Source: Myxococcota bacterium
GTDB taxonomy: Bacteria > Myxococcota_A > Polyangia > Polyangiales > Houyiibacteriaceae
Assembly: GCA_039201085.1 (NCBI GenBank)
Contig: JBCCRV010000001.1
Location: 1-38,851, forward strand
Length of the DNA stretch: 38,851 bases
Direction of reading: 5' to 3'
Each line of letters begins with the position of its first letter. The first letter of the stretch is position 1. The notes under the pieces are model-generated. The model did not search any database and had not been told where the DNA came from. It saw nothing but the letters and a program-made list of their open reading frames with translations. Made by a program: the position numbers and the translations under genes. Of this stretch, positions 9,301-17,239 are shown piece by piece.

Positions 9301-11057
9301 GCCTGCTCGAGGCCTACGTTGGCGACCCGCGTATCGAGAACGGTCCAACGAGCCTTCGTGGCCTGCATCGCCGCTACGACACGGAGACCGGAGCGCAGAT
9401 CCAGCGTGTGCTGTGGTCATCTTACGAGGGCGGCGAAGACTGCTTCGTTCCCGAGGGTGGCGGCGCCGCCGACGCCGACTCGATGTGCCCCTACGCCGCA
9501 AGCAACGGTCTCCTCGCCGACGGCCAGATCATCGGCCAGCGTTGCGTGCGTAACCCGCGTAACTCACGGCTTCAGGAATCGTGTCAGGCCGGTGATACGG
9601 ACTGCCTCTGCTCCAACTTTGACGCGGACTTTGACGACTACGAGCAGAGCGCTCCGTGGGCGCCCAACGTTCGTGACGAGGACGGCAGTCTGGCGTTCTT
9701 CCCCGTGAACTACGCCTTCTGCGGCGACGAGCGCGCGATGGACATCTCCTTCTGCTCGCGCTTCGACGCGGGTGAGTCCTTCCAGGAGATCATCGCTCAC
9801 TACCGTCGCTCCTGGTACGAGGGCTACGCGAACGCGTACAACCGTCGTTTCCGCGGGACGCGCGCGGCCGCCTCCTTCGGTTCGCAGATGGACGCGCTGA
9901 AGATCTTCCAGCACCTCTACTACCGACTCTTCTTCGAGCCCGGCTTCCAGTCGAACTCCGGTCCGCTCGGTTTCCCTGACCAGTTCCAGGCCTCGGTAGA
10001 CGCAATGAACTGGCTTGTGGAGATCGTGAACCTCCCGGACCAGGGTGCGTATGCTCTCGAAGACGGCCACCTTCGTCGTATGTCCGAAGATCCGGCGATG
10101 CCTGGTATGGACGCCAACTTCGACGACGGCGCCGGCTTCCAGATGTGGTCCGAGTTCCAGACCGGTCACATGGGCTTCCGCCGAATCGAAAAGCGCGGTG
10201 TGTTCTTCGACAAGTACGTCGCCATCTTCCACCTCACGCAGCGGTTCGCGCCCATTGCACGGATCCAGCAGGTGGAGACGTTCCCCTTCAACTTCTACGA
10301 CCTCTTCCCGGTCCCGATGACCGAGTTCTTCGGCGGCATGATTCTCGACCGTCCGAGCTGGTTCGCGCCTCGCTACGACATGGCCACGGGTACCGTCGAG
10401 CACCTATCCTGGTACCGCGGCTTCGCCAACCTCATTCGTGAGTGCGGCCCGCGCGGCGCCACCGTTCCTTGTCGCGGCAGCAACGAGGAGGTTTACCCGG
10501 TCACCGACGAGCGTCCGGTCATCGACGACACCTCGAACATTGTGCTTCGTCAGTGGGCAACGATTCTTGCCCTCGCGACGTTCCCGAACGTCTTCGATAC
10601 AAGCTTCGAGCAGCGCCTCATCATCTGGCGTGACGGCGACGGTTCCGGCTACGACCTCCCGGTCATCTTCCGCGAGCGCACCACGGGTGAGGAACGCCCC
10701 TACTGCGCGTACGGTGACGGCACCATCGATGACCGCCACGTCGCGGCCGGTGCCGACCCGACCTGTGCCGACGCGGACGACGCCAACTACGTCACGTACG
10801 AGTCGGACCGTCTGAACTTCCGCTACGTCGCGGAAAAGACCTACACCCGTGAAACCGTCAACCTCGAGGAAGAGCAGATCGGCTTCCAGATGCTTCGCGG
10901 TCTTTACGACCTTCAAAACGAGGTTCGACGCCTTGAGGGCCTTGGCCCCTCGCCCGAGCTGGACGAGCGTCGTCGTGAGCTCTTCGAGGGCGAAAGCTAC
11001 CTCGAGTACCTCATCGACCTTCAGGCTCGTTTCGGTATCAACAACGCCTTCCTCTAG
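6312..11057 (+). CDS. Giant secreted lipoprotein, metzincin-type zinc metalloprotease (paralog 2, 1581 aa)
   Basis: ATG at 6312, 11 nt after the upstream stop, with GGGAGG at 6301-6306. Lipobox VIFLALAALAVGC|T. Zinc site HEVGHSVGLRH (8946-8978) and Met-turn SSIMDY (Met codon 9222-9224). An alternative start at ATG 6363 is possible. Confidence 0.9.
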   Translation: MSTNHRFSFNTTTNVHTMRTRLPVIFLALAALAVGCTSGQESVTRTQTNLVPKDIFTGEWWVNQTVVEANADDSFMGPYTFFSGGAGWTDYALDGGQSGALSRIRWVIDEDFLFAYRAYEIIDGGNDDGNNPNFRGQPLAAYMIEAHVDVRSQYNGLTGEELNVVVENTSDRRWYERDFIRVDWSMNHVNSFNFLINDVTMGGGYQMESMPFDVQTRESNPDFSAAFAPQFVSVGNDPDYRFRDEWPEGTEDTIHYMSFTSVTLFSPGGSCFLIGGGPCNTFSVPMRTAFLRVPPGHRFASQRQSHDQFDRFGLFRAHQRSYIRGGVSEIACTRDADCGSNGYCRPASADDNIRYCSGLASDFGETDALNFLRPTHNIFRAGLTDQACLIDSHCGTAGSVCDSASRLCTIPMQDREIRPMAYHLNEGYPGYLVNAAYEVMGNWNEVFMRGWRAVRNLTVPDYSVGTIACQNEDPTSYCFCGSADDLGGSCQTEYNPFVTPDEWRAQGVADPYDCYIANDSFTEPSNPTSFDQYHPEGDYAAVYRYEFIGSECIFMLESNSCDLARSSAGERCEDIVDENGAPITWEQHGDLRYQFFNYIHEAGVPFGGLSEVRGDAVTGELLASDANVNSGALDGQRTRAIEWFPVLRCRNADLGCAPGEENADVQYIEGENVRQYFENVDRVEIPVAIAGSGESGIPETGGRVSPSGASRLGGLPASDAMRVGMLDQILERQPILDSISGEDAHFNVFSSRLQNLGETEFESNLLSAAETEIRAGLYHNNPLRNTVAIAESASLLDDSVADQTSPFRNLGGFIEQATDIQQMEATLSARGADFFELMDGRDFQRNRYWEYWAEAFRGRSVEEAAIRMAQLYLRAVQHHEVGHSVGLRHNFAGSTDRNNFGDGYFRITLNQDGSPGAVLPNLGDYDAPALGGDGDLFVGGSETFRYQQDLDEVREVRAERGAHNYMTSSIMDYNGDMSDSYGLGRYDQAAVLWSHFGLLEAYVGDPRIENGPTSLRGLHRRYDTETGAQIQRVLWSSYEGGEDCFVPEGGGAADADSMCPYAASNGLLADGQIIGQRCVRNPRNSRLQESCQAGDTDCLCSNFDADFDDYEQSAPWAPNVRDEDGSLAFFPVNYAFCGDERAMDISFCSRFDAGESFQEIIAHYRRSWYEGYANAYNRRFRGTRAAASFGSQMDALKIFQHLYYRLFFEPGFQSNSGPLGFPDQFQASVDAMNWLVEIVNLPDQGAYALEDGHLRRMSEDPAMPGMDANFDDGAGFQMWSEFQTGHMGFRRIEKRGVFFDKYVAIFHLTQRFAPIARIQQVETFPFNFYDLFPVPMTEFFGGMILDRPSWFAPRYDMATGTVEHLSWYRGFANLIRECGPRGATVPCRGSNEEVYPVTDERPVIDDTSNIVLRQWATILALATFPNVFDTSFEQRLIIWRDGDGSGYDLPVIFRERTTGEERPYCAYGDGTIDDRHVAAGADPTCADADDANYVTYESDRLNFRYVAEKTYTRETVNLEEEQIGFQMLRGLYDLQNEVRRLEGLGPSPELDERRRELFEGESYLEYLIDLQARFGINNAFL

Positions 11058-11074
11058 TAGGCAACGAAGAAGTG

Positions 11075-11114
11075 AAGGAACGCCCGCGGCTTTTGGCCGT
11101 GGGCGCTTTCCTTT
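11075..11114 (+). terminator. Hairpin terminator after the metalloprotease operon
   Basis: GC-rich 9-bp stem CGCCCGCGG (11081-11089) / CCGTGGGCG (11097-11105, one G-U pair) with loop CTTTTGG. The stem is extendable by AAGGAA/TTCCTT with a 2-nt bulge. The 3' side runs into the T-rich CTTTCCTTT. Confidence 0.6.
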
Positions 11115-11200
11115 AAGGCGGATTTTACAGGACCGATGCGCAGCACCCTTGCTTGATCGGGCCGCGCTCACTACCGTCCGCTGGACCCCAAGGAGGTAGC

Positions 11201-12190
11201 GTGGCTTCAGGACGCGACGAACTACTGGCGCACTACGAGAAGATGTTCGAGATCCGCCGCTTTGAGGAAGAGGCGGCACGGGCGTACGCGCAGAGCAAAA
11301 TCGGTGGCTTCTTGCACCTCTATATTGGCCAGGAGGCCATTGCGGTGGGCACGAACGCCGCGCTTACGGACGACGACTACGTCTTTCAGACCTACCGCGA
11401 CCACGGCATCGCCCTCGCGCGGGGCATGAGCCCAAACGCGGCGATGGCCGAGCTCTTCGGCAAGGACGCCGGCTGCAGCCGGGGACTCGGCGGCTCGATG
11501 CATTTCTTCGACGTCGAAAACAACTTTCTCGGCGGCTGGGGCATCGTAGGCGGCCATCTCGCGCTTGCCGCTGGCGCGGCTTTCAAGTCGAAGTACACGG
11601 AAGATGGTCGAGTCACCGTCTGCTTCTTCGGTGAAGGGTCGACCAATATCGGCGGCTTTCACGAAGCGCTCAGCCTCGCCGGCCTCTGGAAGCTTCCCAT
11701 CGTGTTCATTTGCGAGAACAACCAATATGCGATGGGCACGCCGATGAGCCGCACCTCGCCCCTCGATGACCTCACCCTCAAGGCGCAGGGCTACGGCATG
11801 CAGGGCGACCGCTTTCAAGGGTACGACGTTCGCACCGTTCAGGAGCGCGTCGGCCTCGCCGTGAAGCGCGCCCGCCGCGGTGAAGGTCCGACCTTCATCG
11901 AGGTCGAAACGTACCGTTTCCGCGGCCACTCGATGAGCGATCCCGCGAAGTACCGAAGCCGTGCCGAGCTTGAAGAGCGCAAGAAGAAGGACCCGCTCGT
12001 CATTGCGCGCGACCTGCTCAAGGAAGCGGGCGTGGGCGATGAACAGATGGACGAGATCGAAGAGCGCGTCGAAGCGGCCATCGATGCGTGCGTAAAGTTC
12101 GCCGCCGCCGCCGAACCGGCAAAGGAAGAAGTCATGTGGGACACGGTGTACGCCACGGACCTCTCCACCAAGCGAGGGGCGGGCCGATGA
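11201..12190 (+). CDS. pdhA: Pyruvate dehydrogenase E1 component, alpha subunit
   Basis: GTG at 11201 is preceded by AGGAGG (11191-11196). TPP-binding signature FFGEGSTNIGGFHEALSLAGLWKLPIVFICENNQYAMGT and YRFRGHSMSDP. The upstream ATG at 11153 lacks an SD. Confidence 0.9.
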   Translation: MASGRDELLAHYEKMFEIRRFEEEAARAYAQSKIGGFLHLYIGQEAIAVGTNAALTDDDYVFQTYRDHGIALARGMSPNAAMAELFGKDAGCSRGLGGSMHFFDVENNFLGGWGIVGGHLALAAGAAFKSKYTEDGRVTVCFFGEGSTNIGGFHEALSLAGLWKLPIVFICENNQYAMGTPMSRTSPLDDLTLKAQGYGMQGDRFQGYDVRTVQERVGLAVKRARRGEGPTFIEVETYRFRGHSMSDPAKYRSRAELEERKKKDPLVIARDLLKEAGVGDEQMDEIEERVEAAIDACVKFAAAAEPAKEEVMWDTVYATDLSTKRGAGR

Positions 12191-13170
12191 GAGAGCTGCG
12201 TTACCGCGAGGCGCTGCGTGAAGCGATGATCGAGGAGATGGATCGGGACGACCGCATCTTCCTGATGGGCGAAGAGGTCGGCCACTACCAAGGCGCGTAC
12301 AAGGTCTCGGAGGGTCTGTTGGCCCAGTTTGGGGAAAAGCGCGTCATCGACACGCCGATCGCCGAAGCGGGCTTTGCCGGCGTAGGCGTTGGGGCGGCGA
12401 TGGTGGGTCTGCGGCCGATCATCGAGTTCATGACCTGGAACTTTAGCTTCGTCGCCTTCGACCAAATCATCAGCAATGCCGCGAAGATCCACCAGATGAG
12501 CGGCGGGCGCTTGAAGGTGCCCGTGGTGTTTCGCGGGCCGAACGGCGCTGCAAAGCAGGTGGCGTCGCAGCACAGCCACTCCGTCGATCCCTTCTACACG
12601 AACATCCCGGGCCTCTACGTCGTCATGCCGGCGACGCCCCGCGACGCGAAGGGCTTGCTCAAGGCGGCGATCCGCTGCGAAGACCCCGTGGTATTTCTGG
12701 AAGGCGAAACGCTCTACAACGTGAAGGGCGACGTGCCCGACGCGGACGAGGAAGAAGTAATTCCCCTGGGCAAGGGCCGCATCGCTCGCGAAGGATCGGA
12801 CTGCACGATCATCGCGTGGGGCCGGCCGTACTACACGGCCATGGCCGCCGCCGAGCAGCTCGCCGCCGAGGGCACCGAATGTGAGGTCGTCGACCCGCGC
12901 ACGCTGCGCCCCCTCGACACGGACCTGATGATCGAAAGCGTGCGCAAGACGAACCGCTGCGTGCTGGTGCACGAGCACTGGCCCTACGGCGGGCCGGGCG
13001 CCGAAATCGTCGACCGCATCCAGCGAGAGGCCTTTGACCATCTCGACGCGCCGATTCTGCGTGTGCCGGCCCTCGATGTGCCGATGCCCTACGCCACGAA
13101 CCTCGAGGAGCTCGTGCTCCCCACCACCCAGCGCGTCGTCGACGCCGTGAAGCGCGTCACCTACGCCTAG
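12187..13170 (+). CDS. pdhB: Pyruvate dehydrogenase E1 component, beta subunit
   Basis: ATG at 12187 overlaps the pdhA stop (ATGA). MRELRYREALREAMIEEMDRDDRIFLMGEEVG...VIDTPIAEAGFAGVGVGAA is a typical E1-beta N-terminus. A transketolase-like C-terminal region follows. Confidence 0.92.
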   Translation: MRELRYREALREAMIEEMDRDDRIFLMGEEVGHYQGAYKVSEGLLAQFGEKRVIDTPIAEAGFAGVGVGAAMVGLRPIIEFMTWNFSFVAFDQIISNAAKIHQMSGGRLKVPVVFRGPNGAAKQVASQHSHSVDPFYTNIPGLYVVMPATPRDAKGLLKAAIRCEDPVVFLEGETLYNVKGDVPDADEEEVIPLGKGRIAREGSDCTIIAWGRPYYTAMAAAEQLAAEGTECEVVDPRTLRPLDTDLMIESVRKTNRCVLVHEHWPYGGPGAEIVDRIQREAFDHLDAPILRVPALDVPMPYATNLEELVLPTTQRVVDAVKRVTYA

Positions 13171-13185
13171 GAGCCAAGTAAAGCC

Positions 13186-14421
13186 ATGGCGAAGATCATT
13201 GGATTGCCGAAGCTCTCCCCAACGATGGAGGAGGGCGTGCTGCTCGAGTGGACCAAAAACGAGGGCGACGCCGTCGAGATCGACGACCTCCTTGCGGAGG
13301 TGGAGACGGACAAGGCGACGATGGAGTTTCGCTCCTTCGACCGCGGCGTGCTCCTTAAGATCTTGGTTCCGGCCGGTGAGTCCCTCGCGCCCGATACGCC
13401 AGTGGCCATTATCGGCGACGCCGGCGAGGACATCAGCGAGCTGCTGGCCCAGGTGGCTTCGGCGCCCGCGAAGCCGGAAGCCGCCGCCGAAGCCTCCTCG
13501 CCGGCTGCGCCCGCTTCCCCCGCGCCCGCTGCAGCGCCTGCGCCCGCTTCCACCGCCGCCGTGGCACCGGAAGCGACGAGCGGCGAACGGGTGTTTGCGT
13601 CGCCCCTCGTCCGCCGTCTTGCGCGTGAACGCAACATCGATCTGCGCACCGTGTCCGGCAGCGGCCCGCGCGGCCGCGTGATCAAGCGCGACCTTGAAGG
13701 CGTGCAGGTGGCGCCCGCGCGCTCCGCCGGCGCCCGTCCTGGGCCGCGCGTCGTAAAGGCATCGCCCACGCGCAAGACGATCGCACGCCGCCTGACCGAA
13801 TCGAAGCAGACCGTTCCGCACTTCTACCTCACCATCGACGTCAACGCTGCGCCGCTGGTGGAAGCGCGCCGAATGATGAACAGCACGCTCGACGGCGACA
13901 AGGTCTCCTTCAACGACCTTGTGATCAAAGCGAGCGCATTGGCCCTTCGCGCCGTACCGGCGGCCAACGCCTCCTGGATGGGCGATGCGATCCACTTCCA
14001 TCAGGTGGTCGACATTTCCGTGGCCGTCGCCATTGATGAAGGCCTGCTGACACCCGTGGTGCGCGACGCCGACCTGAAGGGCGTGCTCGCGATCAGCCAC
14101 GAAGTGCGCGACCTTGCGGCGCGCGCGCGGAACAAGAAGCTTCGGCCCGAAGAGATGCAGAACGGCACCTTCAGCATCTCGAACCTGGGCATGTTCGGCG
14201 TTCAAGAATTCGCCGCGGTGATCAATCCGCCGGAAGGCGCCCTCCTTGCGGTCGGTGCCCTTCGCGACGACGTGGTCGTCGTCGACGGCCAGCTCACGGC
14301 CGGCAAGCGGATGAAGGTGACGCTTAGCTGCGACCACCGGGTGGTGGACGGAGCCGTCGGCGCCCAGTGGCTTCAGGCGCTGCAGAAGTACCTTGAAGCG
14401 CCGGCTTCGATGCTGCTCTAA
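13186..14421 (+). CDS. pdhC: Dihydrolipoamide acetyltransferase (E2) of the pyruvate dehydrogenase complex
   Basis: Single lipoyl domain with EVETDKATMEF. Ala/Pro-rich linker. E3/E1-binding domain ASPLVRRLARERNIDLRTVSGSGPRGRVIKRD. Catalytic DHRVVDGA motif. Confidence 0.93.
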   Translation: MAKIIGLPKLSPTMEEGVLLEWTKNEGDAVEIDDLLAEVETDKATMEFRSFDRGVLLKILVPAGESLAPDTPVAIIGDAGEDISELLAQVASAPAKPEAAAEASSPAAPASPAPAAAPAPASTAAVAPEATSGERVFASPLVRRLARERNIDLRTVSGSGPRGRVIKRDLEGVQVAPARSAGARPGPRVVKASPTRKTIARRLTESKQTVPHFYLTIDVNAAPLVEARRMMNSTLDGDKVSFNDLVIKASALALRAVPAANASWMGDAIHFHQVVDISVAVAIDEGLLTPVVRDADLKGVLAISHEVRDLAARARNKKLRPEEMQNGTFSISNLGMFGVQEFAAVINPPEGALLAVGALRDDVVVVDGQLTAGKRMKVTLSCDHRVVDGAVGAQWLQALQKYLEAPASMLL

Positions 14422-14501
14422 CCAACCGAGCGTGCTTCGGCGACAGCGGGCCGGATCCGCGTGGCGCACAGGGTTGGACGCGATCGGTAGTCGTCCGAGT
14501 C

Positions 14502-14526
14502 AAAAACGCGCCACAGGCGCGTTTTT
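14502..14526 (+). terminator. Rho-independent (potentially bidirectional) terminator after E2
   Basis: AAAAACGCGCC-ACA-GGCGCGTTTTT forms a perfect 11-bp stem (6 GC pairs plus an A/T extension). A T5 run follows on the + strand and an A5 run precedes it. It lies 81 nt after the E2 stop. Confidence 0.8.
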
Positions 14527-14564
14527 GCTGGCGGCGTGCTGGAGCCGGGATACCGTCTGCGCCT

Positions 14565-15527
14565 GTGCGCGACGCTGTCAAAGAAGGGCCTCCGCTGCGT
14601 TCGGATTCGGGCCCGCGCATTCCGCGGGCGGCGTGGATCGTCGGCGGCTTTCTGACCCTTGCCCTGATCGAAGTCGTGGGTGCGTCTACAATTCGAAACC
14701 GCGTGCCCCCCGAGACCGACTGGGAGCAAGCAGCACGACATGTGGACGGGGTTTGGCAAGACGGCGACCTGGCGATCGTGGCGCCCTCGTGGGCCGATCC
14801 CGTCCTGCGTCAGCACATGGGGGCGCGCATCTCCGTGCAGGACGCCGGCCGCGCGGACCTCGCGCCCTACGAGCGCGTGTGGGAGTTTTCGCTCGGCGGT
14901 CACGTCGCCGACGAGGTGCGTGGACTGGAGCCGACGGAGGTGCACCGCGTCGGGCGCATCACCGTCCGGCGCTACGATCTCGGCCCCTCGAACGTGCTCT
15001 ACGACCTGACGTCGAACATTCTCGAAGCGAAGGTGAGCGCCGGCGAGCGCGAGTGCCGCCTGCGGCGCCTCCCCCCCGAAGGCGGCGGACTCTTCGCCGG
15101 CCCGATGCGTCCCGAAGCGCATTTCTTTTGCGGTCCTGAACCCTGGTTATGGGTCGGCCCAACGGTCAGCGAGGATCTTTCGCTGCGCAACCGCTACTGC
15201 GTTTGGCAACACCCGCGCGTGGGCGATGCGCCGACCACCGCGACCTTTGAAGACGTGCCCTTGGGCGAGTCGGTCGTGCTCAATGCCGGTCTCTACTACG
15301 CCCACGAGCGGCCCCTCGAGCACGGCCCGTTCACCGTGCAGGTGCTCGTCGGCGACGACGAGGTGGGCCGCCTCGTGCACCGCGACGGCGACGGCTTCGA
15401 GCGCATCGACGCCCTCACGCCTGGCCGCACCGGAACACGCGGTGACGTGAGCATCGTCGTCACGGCGCCGGACAACAACATGCGCACCGTATGCTGGGCC
15501 GCGAGCGTTCGCGGAGCAGAGCGATGA
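14565..15527 (+). CDS. Hypothetical N-terminally anchored (single-pass) extracytoplasmic protein, first gene of the GT-C module
   Basis: GTG start. One hydrophobic helix AAWIVGGFLTLALIEVVGA is followed by about 280 aa with no motif I recognise. The stop overlaps the next ATG (ATGA at 15524-15527). Confidence 0.6.
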   Translation: MRDAVKEGPPLRSDSGPRIPRAAWIVGGFLTLALIEVVGASTIRNRVPPETDWEQAARHVDGVWQDGDLAIVAPSWADPVLRQHMGARISVQDAGRADLAPYERVWEFSLGGHVADEVRGLEPTEVHRVGRITVRRYDLGPSNVLYDLTSNILEAKVSAGERECRLRRLPPEGGGLFAGPMRPEAHFFCGPEPWLWVGPTVSEDLSLRNRYCVWQHPRVGDAPTTATFEDVPLGESVVLNAGLYYAHERPLEHGPFTVQVLVGDDEVGRLVHRDGDGFERIDALTPGRTGTRGDVSIVVTAPDNNMRTVCWAASVRGAER

Positions 15528-17239
15528 GGCGCGGCCGCACGACGCGCATCGGCGCCGTCGATCAGCTCGTCGGCGCCTTGCTCGCCCTCAGCTACATCGC
15601 GTTGCTCTTCCTGCAGAGCCCAGAGCTGGGCATGTCGCGCGACGAGAGCTTCTACGTGATCGCGGCCCAGGACTACGCCGGCTGGATCGAGCAGTTCGTC
15701 ACCGGCGAAGGCGCGATGGCGCAGGAGGTCATCGATCCGGCGTGGGACTACAACCACGAACACCCCGGACTCGCCAAAGCGCTCTTTGCCATCAGCTGGC
15801 TGGCCCATCAGAAGTACGAGCTCTTTCCCGACGACTCCACGGCCTTTCGCTTTCCCGGTATGGTGCTGTCGGGCCTGCTGCTCTGGCTGATCTACCTATT
15901 CGGCGCGCGCATCTTCGGGCGCACCGCGGGGCTCTTCGCGGCCGTGGCCTTCGCGCTCATGCCGAGGCCCTTCTACCACGCGCACCTCTGCTGCTTTGAC
16001 GTGCCGATCACCTTTGCCCTGACGCTAGCGACCTACGCGTATTGGCGTTCGCTCACGTCGCGCCGCTGGGCCTTCGGCTTTGGCATCGCCTTCGGTATTG
16101 CCCTCGCCATCAAGCACAACGCGTGGATCTTGCCCGGCGTGCTGCTCATCCACTTTTTATGGATGATCGTGGAGCAGCGCCGACGCGGTCTTCCCCTCGA
16201 GGATCCAAGACGCGTGTCCGCTCGGCCGTGGTGGATGCTTAGCATGGGCCTGCTCGGCCCGGCGGTCTTCCTGCTCACGTGGCCGTGGCTCTGGAACGAC
16301 ACGCTCGCCCGCCTCGGCTGGTACGTGCGCTTTCACACGGGGCACGAGTACTACAACATCGCCTACCTCGGTACGACGTGGTTCCGGCCGCCCTTTCCCG
16401 TGCACTACCCGGTGCTCATGACCTGGTTCACCGTGCCGATGGTCACCCTTGCGCTCGCGGCCTACGGGCTGCGCATGCGCTTTCGTGCAGCCTTGCCTTC
16501 GGCCTTTACGTCGCGCTACTGGCGCCGCGGCAAGGCCACGCCCGATCCGCGCTGCACCGACGTGTTGCTCATCGGAAGCCTCCTCGCGCCCATCGTGGTC
16601 ATCGCCCTGCCGAGCTCGCCGATCTTTGGCGGAACAAAACACTGGATGCCGGCCTATCCATTTATCGCGATCTACGCGGGCTTTGGCTTTTGGCGCTTGA
16701 GTGAGCATCTCAAGGAGCTCTTGCGCGCACGGCTGGGCACGCGTCGGCGTCTTGAGAGTTGGGCCACAGCCGGGGCCTTCGTCGCGCTCATGCTGCCGTC
16801 GGCGCAGGCCGCCGCCCATAGCCATCCCTACGGCCTGTCCCACTACACCTTTGCCGCCGGGGGCGTTCCCGGTGCGGCGGACCTGGGCTTGAACCGGCAG
16901 TTTTGGGGATTCACGACGGGAAGCCTGACCGAGTTCTTCAAGGAGCGGCTGCCCGATGGTGGCACCGTGTGGCTTTGCGACACGACGGACATCGCTTGGC
17001 GCATGCTCCAGCGCGACGGCCTGATTCCCGCCAACATCCGCGGCTCGTGGTCCCTTTCCCGGGCCGACCTGGTGATGGTGCACCACGAAGACCACTTCGC
17101 CGAGATCGACGCTCAGGCATGGGTGGCCTTTGGCGATGCATCGCCGCTGCACGTGCTCACCTACGACGGCGTGCCGATCATCAGCATTTATGCCAATCCT
17201 ACCGGTAGGGCCATGCGAGACGAAGGAGAGCAGCCATGA
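15524..17239 (+). CDS. GT-C fold glycosyltransferase, PMT/ArnT-like (family 39/83-type) polytopic membrane protein
   Basis: ATG at 15524. Many hydrophobic helices. First-loop acidic motif SRDESFYV followed by HPGLAKALFAISW resembles dolichyl/undecaprenyl-phosphate-sugar dependent PMT_2/ArnT enzymes. Soluble C-terminal domain of about 150 aa. Confidence 0.8.
   Translation: MRRGRTTRIGAVDQLVGALLALSYIALLFLQSPELGMSRDESFYVIAAQDYAGWIEQFVTGEGAMAQEVIDPAWDYNHEHPGLAKALFAISWLAHQKYELFPDDSTAFRFPGMVLSGLLLWLIYLFGARIFGRTAGLFAAVAFALMPRPFYHAHLCCFDVPITFALTLATYAYWRSLTSRRWAFGFGIAFGIALAIKHNAWILPGVLLIHFLWMIVEQRRRGLPLEDPRRVSARPWWMLSMGLLGPAVFLLTWPWLWNDTLARLGWYVRFHTGHEYYNIAYLGTTWFRPPFPVHYPVLMTWFTVPMVTLALAAYGLRMRFRAALPSAFTSRYWRRGKATPDPRCTDVLLIGSLLAPIVVIALPSSPIFGGTKHWMPAYPFIAIYAGFGFWRLSEHLKELLRARLGTRRRLESWATAGAFVALMLPSAQAAAHSHPYGLSHYTFAAGGVPGAADLGLNRQFWGFTTGSLTEFFKERLPDGGTVWLCDTTDIAWRMLQRDGLIPANIRGSWSLSRADLVMVHHEDHFAEIDAQAWVAFGDASPLHVLTYDGVPIISIYANPTGRAMRDEGEQP

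Noticed and set aside
13490-13570. Repetitive GCGCCCGC-rich DNA (repeated gcgcccgcttcc) in E2
   Set aside because: It encodes the Ala/Pro-rich flexible linker normal for E2 lipoyl-domain proteins and is not an independent repeat element.
11839-14469. 876-aa ORF antisense to the whole pdhA-pdhB-E2 operon
   Set aside because: Same reasoning. The sense strand encodes three unmistakable PDH subunits, and the antisense product is low-complexity (R/G/A/H-rich).
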